A DNA stretch of 64,000 nt from an uncultured Chloroflexia bacterium (lineage in GTDB: Bacteria; Chloroflexota; Anaerolineae; Anaerolineales; UBA11579): NCBI GenBank assembly GCA_963797275.1, contig CAWCOT010000005.1:407344-471343 (forward strand). The letters are read 5' to 3'. The stretch's first letter is position 1; each line of letters opens with the position of its first letter. A program made the position numbers and the translations under genes. Below are positions 26,874-37,592 of this stretch, in pieces. Under the pieces are notes generated by a model. The model was given only the letters and a program-made list of their open reading frames with translations, did no database searches and was not told the DNA's origin.

Positions 26874-28104
26874 ATGGTCGAAAAAATTGTAATAACAGGA
26901 TTGGGAACCGTAAATGCTTTAGGGAACAACGTTCCCGATACATGGGAACAGGTCACGCACGGCGTTTCTGGTTTGGGTCCCATAACCTTATTTGACAGCA
27001 GCGACCATTTGGTGCATGTAGCTTGCGAACCCAAGAACTTCGATCCGACTTTGTATATGGAGCAGCGGGAAGTGCGCCGCCGCGACCGGTATGAGCTTTA
27101 CTCGGCCGCGGCCGCAGACCAAGCCATTAAGGATTCGGGGTTGCAGATCACTGAGAAGAACGCGGCGCGGGTGGGCGTTGTTATTTCCTCGGCCATTGGC
27201 GGCCTGACCGCCATGGAGGAAGGTGTCAGAGCGACGTTTACCGAAGGGCCGCGCAGGGTCAGTCCTTTCATGATTCCCATGCTAATGCCCAATGGGGCTG
27301 CCGGCTTGGTAGGGATTGACCACGGCGCCAAGGGTCCTGCGTTTTCGGTTGCCTCGGCTTGCGCTTCCGGCGAGGACGGAATTGGGATGGCGTGGATGAT
27401 GCTGCGGGCTGGAATGATCGATGTGGCTGTGGCCGGCGCAGCGGAGGCGGCCATTACCAGGACGGGTGTAGCGGCTTTTGACCGCATGCAAGCCATGTCC
27501 AGGCGTACAGAGGGGACACCGAGCCCGTTCGATAAGAACCGAGATGGCCTGGTTATTGGCGAAGGTGCGGCGGTATTGATCATGGAGTCCGAGAGCCACG
27601 CGAAAGCACGCGGCGCAAATATTCTGGCCGAGCTGGCCGGTTATTCCGCCTCGGCGGACGCGCATCACATCACCGCTCCGATCGAATCTGGGGCAGGCGG
27701 CTCCCAGGCTATCCACAATGCACTAGAAATTGCCGGCGTGAACGCGGAGGATGTGGATTACATCAATGCCCACGGAACGGGAACGGTGTTAAATGACGCT
27801 TTCCGAAACGCGAGCTATAAAAGCCTCGTTCGGTGAAAAGGCTTATAACGTGGCTATTTCTTCAACGAAATCCATGACGGGCCACATGATGGGTGCTACT
27901 GGCGCCCTGGAAACCATATTCTGCGTTTTGGCGATACGCAATGGGCTCATACCGCCCACGATCAATTACGTGGACCCTGACCCAGAATGCGACCTGGATT
28001 ACGTGCCGAATAAAGCCCGGGAAGCCAAGATCAAGGTGGCCATTACCAATGCGTTTGGTTTTGGTGGGCACAATGCGGTGTTGGTCGTGCGTAAATATTC
28101 GTAA
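26874..28104 (+). CDS. fabF: 3-oxoacyl-ACP synthase II FabF; apparent 1-nt insertion near 27797..27803
   Basis: [11 protein letters not shown]...SACASG...[11 protein letters not shown] then a frame change to ..[33 protein letters not shown]...NAFGFGGHN. Confidence 0.85.
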
Positions 28105-28173
28105 GCATATTACAATAGGAGCAGGAACTGACGGACCGCTAGCCACTCCTCGGCGAGGGGTGGTTGACGTTCC

Positions 28174-28908
28174 TTGAGTTCCGGGAGACATTGTTTGTCT
28201 GTTAATGACGTCCCGGGCCTGGAGACCCCCCAGAGCTTTGCTCAGCGTATTCATTTACCCATTGAAGATATGCGGCTGCTGGGTCGCGCTTTGACTCACC
28301 GTTCTTATCTCAATGAGCATTCAGAGGCGTTAGAAGACAATGAGCGGCTGGAGTTCCTGGGGGATGCGGTTTTGGACTTTGTGGTGGGAGCGTGGCTATA
28401 TAACCATTTCCCGGAGATGTCTGAAGGTGAAATGACGCGATTAAGGGCTGCACTGGTGAGCACCGAGCACCTTGGACGTTTGGGAGTGCAAATCGAGATC
28501 GGCCAGGCGCTACGCATGGGAAACGGAGAGGAAGAAGGGGGCGGGCGCACACGCCTGGCAATGTTGTGCAACGCATTTGAGGCCGTAGTGGGTGCATTGT
28601 TTCTGGACGCCGGGATAGATAAGGTGGACCAATTCCTAGACCCCTTGCTGCACACTGCGGTTGAGGAAATCCGCTCGGGGCATGGTGACCGAGACCCGAA
28701 GAGCTTGCTCCAGGAAGCAGTTCAGGCGCAGGGAATGTCCGCCCCCATGTACCGGATCGTGGCTGAATCGGGGCCTGATCATGATAAATATTTCGAGGTG
28801 GAGGTATTTGTAGGTGGTAAGCCTCTTGGACGGGGAGAAGGTCGTAGCAAGCAGGCGGCTAGCAAGATGGCGGCCCGCGACGCACTGAAGGGAATGGAAG
28901 TCACTTGA
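28174..28908 (+). CDS. rnc: Ribonuclease III
   Basis: ALTHRSY...[16 protein letters not shown] is the signature, with a C-terminal dsRBD (..[19 protein letters not shown]...AA..AL). The start is uncertain (TTG 28174 or ATG 28270). Confidence 0.85.
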   Translation: MSSGRHCLSVNDVPGLETPQSFAQRIHLPIEDMRLLGRALTHRSYLNEHSEALEDNERLEFLGDAVLDFVVGAWLYNHFPEMSEGEMTRLRAALVSTEHLGRLGVQIEIGQALRMGNGEEEGGGRTRLAMLCNAFEAVVGALFLDAGIDKVDQFLDPLLHTAVEEIRSGHGDRDPKSLLQEAVQAQGMSAPMYRIVAESGPDHDKYFEVEVFVGGKPLGRGEGRSKQAASKMAARDALKGMEVT

Positions 28909-28963
28909 CAGGCAAAAGCGGTTATATAGTTCAATTGCGCATAGCCACAAGGGAAAGACATTG

Positions 28964-31900
28964 ATGAACGCCTTGCGACTTAAATCCCTCGAGCTTAATG
29001 GCTACAAAACGTTCGCGAGCCGCACGCTGTTTGAGTTTGCCGGGCCGGTAACTGCGGTTGTCGGCCCTAATGGCTCGGGCAAGTCAAATATCGCGGATGC
29101 CTTGCGCTGGGTGCTCGGAGAGCAGTCCTATGGCGTATTACGCGGCCGAAAAACCGAGGACATGATCTTTTCAGGTTCTGATAAAGAGGGCGCGTTCAGG
29201 AATGGCTTCGGTCAGCATCACTTTCGATAACACCGAAGCTTGGCTGCCTATTGATTTCTCCGAAGTTTCCATCACTCGCCGGGCTTATCGGGACGGACAA
29301 AATGAGTACCTGATCAACCAGCAAAAAGTGCGCTTAAAGGATGTGAGCGAGCTTCTTTCCCATTCATCCCTGGCAGAACGAACCTATACGATAATCGGGC
29401 AGGGGCTGGTAGATACGGCATTGACCTTAAAGTCGGATGAACGGCGGCGGTTATTTGAGGAGGCAGCCGGCATTGGCCTTTACCGGACGCGCAAAGATCA
29501 ATCTTTGCGGCGACTGGAAGCCACCTTACACAATTTAGAGCGCGTGGAGGACCTGTTGACGGAGTTGCGGCCGCGAGTGCGCAGTTTGGAGCGGCAGGCG
29601 GCCCGTGCAGAGGAACATTCGCGGTTGCGGGCCGATCTGCGCGCCACGTTGCGCCAGTGGTACGGGTACCACTGGAACCGCGCCCAGGCTGAGCTACTGG
29701 ATTTGCGTCAGGAAGCGGACGACCGCGAGGTGAATTTGGGTGTAGCGCGCCAGAAACAATTGGAATTAAGCCGGGAATTGAACGAATTACGCTCCCGAAC
29801 GCAGGAATTGCGCGTGCAGCTCAACGAATGGAACCGCCGACTGGCTGAACTGCATGCAAGTCGGGAGGGGGCCACCAAGAGCCTGGCCGTGGCTGATGAA
29901 CGTCAAAGGGCGTTAATGGAGCGAAGCCAAGCACTGAAGGAAGAGAAACAGCGCATTGAGAAAGAATTGGAGAACCTGACCGCCCGATTGCAGGAATCTC
30001 AACAAGACGCTGGCCGGTACCAAACAGAGGTAGAGGAGGCGCGGTTACAACTTCAGGAAGCTCAACGGGTTTTGGCTGAGCGGCAGGCAACTCAGGATGA
30101 AACTGCACAACAATTGCAAAATGCACGCGACCAGGTGTCTTTGCTGGAGCGTCAACAGGGGAATTTGGCTGCGCAGCGGGAGCAGCTTGAGGCCAAACTC
30201 GCTCGCGGCCAATCAGAAGCGGCCGAATTGGAGCACAACCTCCTAAACCTCAATAGTGACCTGGCCGCCCTCAAAGAACAATCCAGTCAAGCAGAAGAGC
30301 AGGCTAACCGGGCAGAGAAATCCTCACAAGATTATCAAAAAAGGCAATCCGAACTCGTCGCTCAGACAGAGGAAGAACTCAAGAACCTAGATGACCTGAA
30401 GGAAAAAGCGTCGGACCTCGAGGCGCTCCAAGCACTCATTCAAGCCCAATTAAGGGGACTAGAAGACGCCGAAAAGTCTGCCGCCGGATTTGCTCTTGGG
30501 GCTCAACTGCTCTTAAAGGCCGCCGAAGAAAAGCGCCTGGGAGTCAAACGCGGAACTTTGGGTCGGGAATTGAAAGTGTCCGCGGAACTGGAACCGGCTA
30601 TTGCTGCCGCTCTGGGGAGCTACGTGGATGCCATCGTTCTGGCTGAGAGTAAGGATACGGAAACGGCTTTGAGCCTTCTGGAAGGACGTGAGGCATCAGG
30701 GGCTTTGATTGATACGAGGCATTCCGGCGCCAAGGGGCGTTTGCAGGGGCCCAAGGGAAACGGCCTCCTGGGGGTGGCGGCTGATTTGGTGGAAGCCCCA
30801 GATGAGTTGCAGCACGCGGTGGATTTGTTATTGGGCAGTGTATTGGTAAGCAAGGACCGAAAGTCGGCCAAAAAACTGCTGGAGGAGAACCCGGGCGCAA
30901 CCCAGGTTGTAACCTTACTTGGGGAACTATTCCATCGCTCGGGCCAGATCGAGGTTCGGTCCGCGAAATCATCCGCTGGTTTGGCCCGCCCCGGGAGGAA
31001 CGCCAACTGCTTTCCCGATTAGAGGAAACCCAGAAGGCGGTGCAAGCCAATGGGACGGATCTTGGCAAAGCAAACAGCCGCGTCGCCGATTTGCGGACTC
31101 AGGCTGCCAGCGCTAAGGTCGATGTTGAGAATCAAAAAACCGTCGTAGACGCCGCCCGGCGGGAGGCACAGGCCAAATCGATGGAAGTTGACCAGTTGGA
31201 ACGGCAGATCGAATGGTTCCGCACTCAAGAACGCACCTTGGCAGCCGACCAAGAAAAAGCTCGGGCTCAGATGGAAGAGATAGAGGCCAACGAAGCTGAT
31301 TTGGCCAACAAGTCAGTAGCCGCCAAAGCCGCGCTCGAAACTCAGATTGGTTCGTCCATTGAGGTCCCCATGGATGAGCAGCATGCTCAAGTTGCCCATT
31401 GGGAAATGCGTCAGGCAGTTGCTCAAAGGGCCCTGCAGGAAGCCCAACGCCGGCTTCAAGAACGCCAGCAGGCTTCGGAGAGGGCGGAGCAACAGCTGGG
31501 TTCCCAACAGGAACGCAGCCGAGAAGTGGAGGGGCAGGTCAAGTCCATCGCGGCTGAAATCGAACAATTGGGAAGCCAGGGCAGCGATGTGGGTGAAGAA
31601 ATCACCGGCATCCAAGCCAAAATTGGCCCGGCAGAGCAGGAATTGGCGGAAGCCGATCGTCAACTGAACGAGCAACAAACCGCAGAAAGCCAGGCTATGC
31701 AGGCCCTGAGCGCGGCAGAACGAACTCACACTCAAGCGCAGATCGCCCTGGGCCGCCAACAGGAAGCATTGGAAAGCCTGCGCGGCCGGATCGAGGACGA
31801 CTTTGGGTTGGTAGCCTTCCAATACGAAGCTGGAGTTTCCGGCCCAACCCCTCTGCCGCTTGGTGAACTTGTGGAGCAACTCCCGGTTGTGGAATCGATC

Positions 31901-32569
31901 AGCGCTGATCTAGAAGAAACGCTCAAGCAGCAGCGGGCGCAGATTTGCCGCCTGGGGTCAGTAAACCCAGAAGCGGAACAAGAATACGTACAGGTCAGGT
32001 CGCGAGTGGAGAGCATGGAAGAACAGGTTCGCGACCTGCGCGCTGCTGAAGTGGACTTAAAAAAGGTCATCTCAGAATTGGATGGCTTGATGGAGAGCGA
32101 ATTTCGGGCAACATTCGACCGAGTTGCTGAGGAATTCAAGGATATTTTCGGGCGTCTGTTCAGCGGTGGGGCAGCCAAGTTGGTGCTTACCGAAGAAGGA
32201 GACCTGGCTGCCACAGGTATCGATATAGAAGCGCGCCTGCCGGGCAAGCGTTCACAGCGGCTGGCGCTGCTCTCCGGGGGCGAACGCAGCCTCACGGCTA
32301 CGGCGTTGGTATTTGCTCTCCTAAAGGCTTCGCCCACGCCATTCTGCGTGATGGATGAAGTGGATGCCATGCTGGACGAGGCCAACGTGGGCCGGTTTAC
32401 CGAATTGCTGAGGGAGCTTAGCAAGACCACGCAGTTCGTCGTTATTACACACAACCGTAATACTGTGCAGATAGCAGACGTGATCTACGGAATTACAATG
32501 GGTCGCGATACGGCCAGTCAAGTAATCAGCCTCAAGCTGGATGAGGTCAGTGAGCGATTTACGAGCTAA
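28964..32569 (+). CDS. smc: Chromosome segregation protein SMC; two apparent single-nt frameshifts (about 29183 and about 30990)
   Basis: Walker [10 protein letters not shown] sits in the first piece. [11 protein letters not shown], a long coiled coil and the hinge are in the second piece (29202..31022). LSGGERSL and [10 protein letters not shown] are in the third piece (31040..32569). Confidence 0.85.
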
Positions 32570-32592
32570 TAAATATAGATTAGAGGTGTAAC

Positions 32593-32790
32593 GTGGCTGG
32601 AAATTCTGGAGGAAAGCTAAGACGCTCAAGGAAAAAGCGTGTGGTCGCCGGCGTATGCGGTGGCCTGGAGGAATTCTTCGGTATCGATGCGATCTGGTTT
32701 CGGGCAGCGTTTATTATTGCTTTGCTGCCTGGAGGGGTTCCGGGGATCTTTTCATATCTCCTGTGTTGGATCATCATCCCCATTGAGTAG
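32593..32790 (+). CDS. PspC domain-containing membrane protein
   Basis: RSRKKRVVAGVCGGLEEFFGIDAIWFRAAFII.. Confidence 0.75.
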   Translation: MAGNSGGKLRRSRKKRVVAGVCGGLEEFFGIDAIWFRAAFIIALLPGGVPGIFSYLLCWIIIPIE

Positions 32791-32852
32791 ATCCAGAAAC
32801 AAAGAGACCGGCGATTTCGCCGGCCTCCTTGTTGTTGGAGTTGTTGAAGCCC

Positions 32853-34200
32853 TTATTGCTGTAAATAGTTGGCGGGGATAACTGGCTCGGTTGGAAGCAT
32901 CGCTTTCCAGCTATCGTTCTCCTGCCAGGTGTATTTGTCGCGCAGGCTCTGGATAAAATCGGCCAGTTTCTGAGCCCGCAACTGCTCGTAATCAGCATCA
33001 TTTACAGGGCGATCTTCGTGGCCCAGTACCTGAATGATGTGATAGCCAAATTGAGATTGAATGGGCTGACTGATCTCGCCAATCTTCATATCGAAAGCTG
33101 CATTCTCAAAAGGTTCGACCATCTTGCCACGCGGGAACCAACCCAGGTCGCCTCCGGTGGAGGCGCTGGCGCTGTCGATGGAGAACTGCGCCGCCAAGGC
33201 GGACCAGTCCTGCCCCGCCGCCAGATCATCCAATACTGTCTGGGCGTCAGCTTCATTGCTTACAAGAATGTGACGCGCCCAAACTTCCTCTTGGGTGCGT
33301 GGCAGATCGGATGTGATCTCATCTTCGAATTTTTGGCGCAGCATGGTAAATGAGAAGATATCGCGGATGACGCCTTCGCTTATTTGCAACTGGCCCTTGT
33401 AGCTGGAGAAGTAATCCGATAGTGCCTGCTGATAACCCTCGAAGGTGTACTCCGTGGCGGTTGGTTGTGGGGTGGGGCTGGCGGCTGCAGCGGTAGCCAG
33501 CGCTGGGATCAGCGTGGCTGCCGGAGTAGCAGTAATGGTAGGTGTCTCCGAAGGAGTACTTGTGGCAGACAAGTCAATGGTAGGCGATACTGTCCAGGTG
33601 GGCGTGGGAGAGATTATCGCAAACTGAGTCGCCGAAAGCGTCGATGCGGCGGGAATGGCAAAGGTCGCGGTAGGCGACGGTGTGCCATTTGGATAATATC
33701 CAAAATATTGCTGGAGACGCTGATCCAATTCGGTTTGGCTTATCTCGATTCCCATATTCTGGGCCTCGAGTTTAAGTAACTCGTAATCCACCATCTCGTC
33801 GATTACGCTTTGGCCGATGGTTTGCGGGTCCAGTTGAGCTTGGATCCGGGCCAAGGCGTTGTTATATTGTTGCTGGAAGTTTTGGTCAGAGCCAAAGATC
33901 TGTTGCAATGTTTGATATTCGCCATAGGTTTGGATGTAGTTATTGACCAATTGTTGACGGCTAAACTTTACCCAACTTTGAAAATCAGCCCCTTTGATAT
34001 TGGTTCCCTCCACCACTGCCACAGCCTGGTTGGGAAAAATGAAGGCTGACTGGATCCATGACCAACTCACCAAGAGCAGCACGACGGCAACCAATATACT
34101 GGTGCCGATCAAAATCAGGCGATTAAAATCAGCGCTCTCGCTCCAGACCCACAAGTTGTTTCCGCGAAACGATACGGGGTTTATTTTGTTTGTTTGCCAT
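32853..34200 (-). CDS. Membrane-anchored parvulin-type peptidyl-prolyl isomerase (SurA/PrsA-like); frameshift near 34132..34160
   Basis: ..ARHILV...GGDLGWFPRGKMVEPFENAAF..GEISQPIQSQFGYHIIQV. The N-terminus MANKQNKPRIVSRKQLVGLERER from ATG 34200 is one frame off the ORF 32853..34154. Confidence 0.75.
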
Positions 34201-34236
34201 GGGATCGCTATGCTATCACTTTCTGATTTGACTTAG

Positions 34237-34659
34237 CTAAAAAGGAAAATCTTCTTCGTCCCCTTCAGGGAAGCCTTCAGGGCTCTCAGCCCCGTTATCA
34301 GTTTCGCCTTCTGGTTTGTCACGTTTTTCGGAAAGCATAATCATCTCGCGGGCCACCACCTCTGTAGCTGACCGCTTGTTGCCTTCCTCGTCTTCCCAGC
34401 GGCGAGTTTGCAGTCGACCCTCAATGTACACTTGCTGCCCCTTTTTGAGGTATTGATTGCAAATCTCGGCCAAGCTGCCCCAAGCAACAATGTTGAACCA
34501 TTCGGTCTCGGTGCGTCGTTCACCCTCGGCAGTGGTCCAATTGCGGCTGGTGGCCACGCTGAAACTGGTTACTGGCCGGCCAGAGGGGGTAAAGCGCATC
34601 TCCGGGTCCCGCCCTAAATGGCCGATAAGCATGACCTTGTTCAGCCCTCTGCTCATCAA
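34237..34659 (-). CDS. ssb: Single-stranded DNA-binding protein
   Basis: LNKVMLIGHLGRDPEMRFT..G....F.VA......TEWFNIVAWG..AE is an OB fold. The acidic tail ends DEEDFPF. Confidence 0.9.
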   Translation of the reverse strand: MMSRGLNKVMLIGHLGRDPEMRFTPSGRPVTSFSVATSRNWTTAEGERRTETEWFNIVAWGSLAEICNQYLKKGQQVYIEGRLQTRRWEDEEGNKRSATEVVAREMIMLSEKRDKPEGETDNGAESPEGFPEGDEEDFPF

Positions 34660-34690
34660 TCCTCCTATCCCACAGAAGGCCCGGCCTGGT

Positions 34691-34996
34691 TCAGGCGGGT
34701 TCGGCAGCTTCTTCGTCGGCAGAGACGATCAGAAAACGCATGACGGATTCCTGCAAGCGGAACTGCTGCTCCAATTGAGCGCAAGCTGCAGGCTCCATTT
34801 GGGTGTGTAATAAGACGTATTGGCCTTCACTTTGCTTCCTGATGCGATACGCCATCTTGCGTTTTCCCCAGACATCGGCTTTTTCAACCTTCCCGCCGCC
34901 GTCCTTGATCCATCCCTTGACCAGGTCGTTCAACTGTTTGAACGCATCCGCGTCCAGATCGGGGTGAGCTATATAAGTTACTTCGTAATTGCGCAT
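34691..34996 (-). CDS. rpsF: 30S ribosomal protein S6
   Basis: MRNYEVTYIAHPDLD...WGKRKMAYRI... I prefer the ATG at 34996 over the track start at 35017. Confidence 0.85.
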   Translation of the reverse strand: MRNYEVTYIAHPDLDADAFKQLNDLVKGWIKDGGGKVEKADVWGKRKMAYRIRKQSEGQYVLLHTQMEPAACAQLEQQFRLQESVMRFLIVSADEEAAEPA

Positions 34997-35149
34997 AGGG
35001 TGTGGCTCCTTTTCCACGGGATTGCCCTGGCCGCTTTCTGCGGTGAACCTGGCAAAATTGCCTAGGGTGTCTGACCGGGTGTGCGCAACCCGGCGGGCGG
35101 AAACTCAGCCAGCCATTTTAGCATGGGCATGTTGATTTGGATAGGAGCG

Positions 35150-35527
35150 CTATTTTATGGTGAGTAGATAAGCGACCAGCTGCTGGATCTCTTCGGGAGT
35201 TAGGATTTGGCTCAGTGAGGACGGCATCAAATCCGAAAATCCGTCAACAATGTAAGCGCTAGGGCGCTCAATTGATTGCTGGATGTATTCGTATGCGGGT
35301 AATCCGGTCACCCGCGTTTCGGCACGAGTAGCTAAGCCGGCAAGTGAGGGGCCAGAGACGACGGTGTTCGGTTGGGTTGAATGGCAGGCGGTGCAATGCT
35401 GGGCGAATAAGTATTTGCCCTCTTTTTCTCTTGGCGTCAGGTTTTCGTCTGCTGGGTCCTCGGCACAAGCGCCTAAGACAACTGCACCCAATATTAATAG
35501 CGCCGGGATGCAACGGGCCTTTACCAT
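35150..35527 (-). CDS. Small membrane-anchored or lipoprotein c-type cytochrome
   Basis: Signal with LGAC, then GKYLFAQHCTACHS (CxxCH), ..DLMP.. as the candidate Met ligand, and a C-terminal ..EIQQLVAYLLTIK helix. Confidence 0.8.
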   Translation of the reverse strand: MVKARCIPALLILGAVVLGACAEDPADENLTPREKEGKYLFAQHCTACHSTQPNTVVSGPSLAGLATRAETRVTGLPAYEYIQQSIERPSAYIVDGFSDLMPSSLSQILTPEEIQQLVAYLLTIK

Positions 35528-37590
35528 CTTAGGAGCTCATCAATCTTTGCCCGTAATAGCTCAACGGTTGGAATTAGCGAGTTCATCAAGGGAATATTGA
35601 ACGGAATGGGAGTATCCGGGACGGCTGCACGCTGGATGGGAGCGTCGAGGAAGGTAAAACATTCCTGAGCCAAGGTGGCGGCTATCTCGGCGCCAAAGCC
35701 GCCGGTCAGGCCATCTTCATGGGCTATCAGGCATTTCCCGGTTTTTTTAACTGAAGCCGAAATCGTGGCTTTGTCCCAAGGGGAAATGGTACGCAAGTCA
35801 ATGATCTCTACCTGGCTACCAAATGGTTCAGAAGCTTCCAAACAGCGATGTAACATTTCCCCCCAACTGACTACGGTTAGGTTGCCGCCCTCTTGAAGAA
35901 TGGCTGCCTTTCCGAATGGAAGCGCATAGCCATCGCCTGGATAGGGGCGACGGGAGGGCGGGCTGTCGTAAAGTGCCCGATGCTCCAAAATTATGGTTGG
36001 ATCCTGGCCACGCAGGGCGCTGCGCAGCAGGCCCACGGCATCGGCCGCATTGGAAGGCATCGCTAGTTGCCAACCCAGGCTATGGGCGTAAATGGCTTCG
36101 CCCGAGACGGAATGCCAGGGATCGCCTGTTTTCTTGCTGTGCCCCACTGGGATGCGAATTACAACGGGGGCAGCAAACTTGCCCGCCGTGCGCCAGCGGA
36201 CCCAGCCGATATCATTGATCTGTTCGGTGGCGGGATCGGCATATTTGCGAAATTGTAATTCTGGCAACGGGGTTAGGCCCGCCAGGGCCATGCCGCCAGC
36301 GCGACCAATGATGCCTTCTTCGGAAAGCGAAGTGTCGAACACGCGGGCCTCGCCAAATTTGGCTTGAAGGTCCACAGTTACACGGTGCACGCCTCCGCGG
36401 GGGCCAACATCTTCACCAAAGATGAGAAGGCTCGGGTTGGCTTCAAGCTCAACTTCCATCGCGCGGCGGATGGCTTCAGACATGTTGACGCGGGGACCTT
36501 CCGTCTCCGGCTGAACGGTAAAGTCTAAGGGTGGCTTGTTCAGCTTCGGAGGCACTTGAGCCGAGTATTTCCCGTCCGAGAATAAGTGCTGCTTCCCCGA
36601 ACCGAGAGCCGGCGCGGCGTTTTTCAAGGCGTCAAGCATATGCCCCTGGACCGCTACCCCGGTCTCATCCTCCAATTGTTCCCAAGGCTTCGCTCCAATT
36701 AAATTGCGCATAGCCAAAAAGGGATCTTGTCCACGTTCTTTTTCCAATAGCCTCATGCTCTTATAGGCAGTCTGGTCCTCGCCAAAGGTGTGTCCTGTAA
36801 GGCGTGGTACTTCCACGCGCAACAGGGCTGGACCTTTTCCTGCCCGTACGTACGCCACCGCTTTACCGACAAGGTTCATGGTTAGTTTCGGTTCGGTACC
36901 CGGGCCAGTGAAGATTTGAAGATTTGAATAGGAGGCCAGGTTCGTGCTGATGTTCTCTCCAGGGGTTTGGAAACGGCGCGGCACGGAAATCCCATAGCCG
37001 TTGTCTTCGATGAAGAACAGCATAGGGAGTTTTAGCGTGGTGGCAATATTCAGAGCAGCCCAAAAGCCGTTCGTGGCAACCGAGCCATCCCCTCCCAGAG
37101 CCACTGCAATGGCTCCTTTCCACTCCTGGTGCCTAAGCTGCTGGTTGTAATAGGTAATAGATTGTGCCCAGCCCACAACCGGTGTGTATTGGGCACCTAC
37201 ATCTCCGGAAGAGGGCAATACGGTTACGCCATGGCGCGGTGGCATGGAATACACCACGCCTACGTCACGCCCTTCTGACGGAGAGCCGGTCAGGGCCAGA
37301 TCAGCGGCAAAGGCTTCCTGCGGGGTGAGGCCGGCAGCAAGCAAAAAGGGGCGTGAGCGATAATACACGCCCGCAGCGTCATGGGTGTGGGTTAGTTGCA
37401 AACCGAGAAGAACCTGGGCCAATTCGTGGCCTTTGGAGGAAAATTGGTAGGTTACTTTGCCTTGAGGCGCAAGCGTGGTTTCTTCAGCCTCGTCGATGGC
37501 GCGAGAGGTGAGCACCAAGCGGGCGACTTGCTGCCAATTTGTGGTTTGAGTGGGTTTGGAATTAGGCGCTGTCTGTTTTTTTTCGGGCAC
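35521..37590 (-). CDS. Fused alpha-beta E1 component of a 2-oxoacid dehydrogenase (TPP-dependent)
   Basis: 689 aa. The N-terminal half is E1-alpha-like (..GGDGSVATNGFWAALNIATTLKLPMLFFIEDNGYGIS..). The C-terminal half is E1-beta-like (..LIFGEDVG.RGGV..T..L...FG..RVFDT.LSE..I.G.A.G.A..G..P). Confidence 0.75.
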   Translation of the reverse strand: MPEKKQTAPNSKPTQTTNWQQVARLVLTSRAIDEAEETTLAPQGKVTYQFSSKGHELAQVLLGLQLTHTHDAAGVYYRSRPFLLAAGLTPQEAFAADLALTGSPSEGRDVGVVYSMPPRHGVTVLPSSGDVGAQYTPVVGWAQSITYYNQQLRHQEWKGAIAVALGGDGSVATNGFWAALNIATTLKLPMLFFIEDNGYGISVPRRFQTPGENISTNLASYSNLQIFTGPGTEPKLTMNLVGKAVAYVRAGKGPALLRVEVPRLTGHTFGEDQTAYKSMRLLEKERGQDPFLAMRNLIGAKPWEQLEDETGVAVQGHMLDALKNAAPALGSGKQHLFSDGKYSAQVPPKLNKPPLDFTVQPETEGPRVNMSEAIRRAMEVELEANPSLLIFGEDVGPRGGVHRVTVDLQAKFGEARVFDTSLSEEGIIGRAGGMALAGLTPLPELQFRKYADPATEQINDIGWVRWRTAGKFAAPVVIRIPVGHSKKTGDPWHSVSGEAIYAHSLGWQLAMPSNAADAVGLLRSALRGQDPTIILEHRALYDSPPSRRPYPGDGYALPFGKAAILQEGGNLTVVSWGEMLHRCLEASEPFGSQVEIIDLRTISPWDKATISASVKKTGKCLIAHEDGLTGGFGAEIAATLAQECFTFLDAPIQRAAVPDTPIPFNIPLMNSLIPTVELLRAKIDELLRW

Positions 37591-37592
37591 GG

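Noticed and set aside
31732-32454. 240-aa minus-strand ORF (and 31313..31879) inside smc.
   Set aside because: These are shadow ORFs of the SMC coiled-coil and head region. Their Ser/Arg-rich nonsense composition supports this.
34997-35149. rpsF leader (S6:S18-binding RNA) in the 150-nt region upstream of rpsF.
   Set aside because: A CCGGGT/ACCCGG hairpin is present, but I cannot match the motif from memory and rpsR is not in the operon. It would need a covariance-model (Rfam) search.
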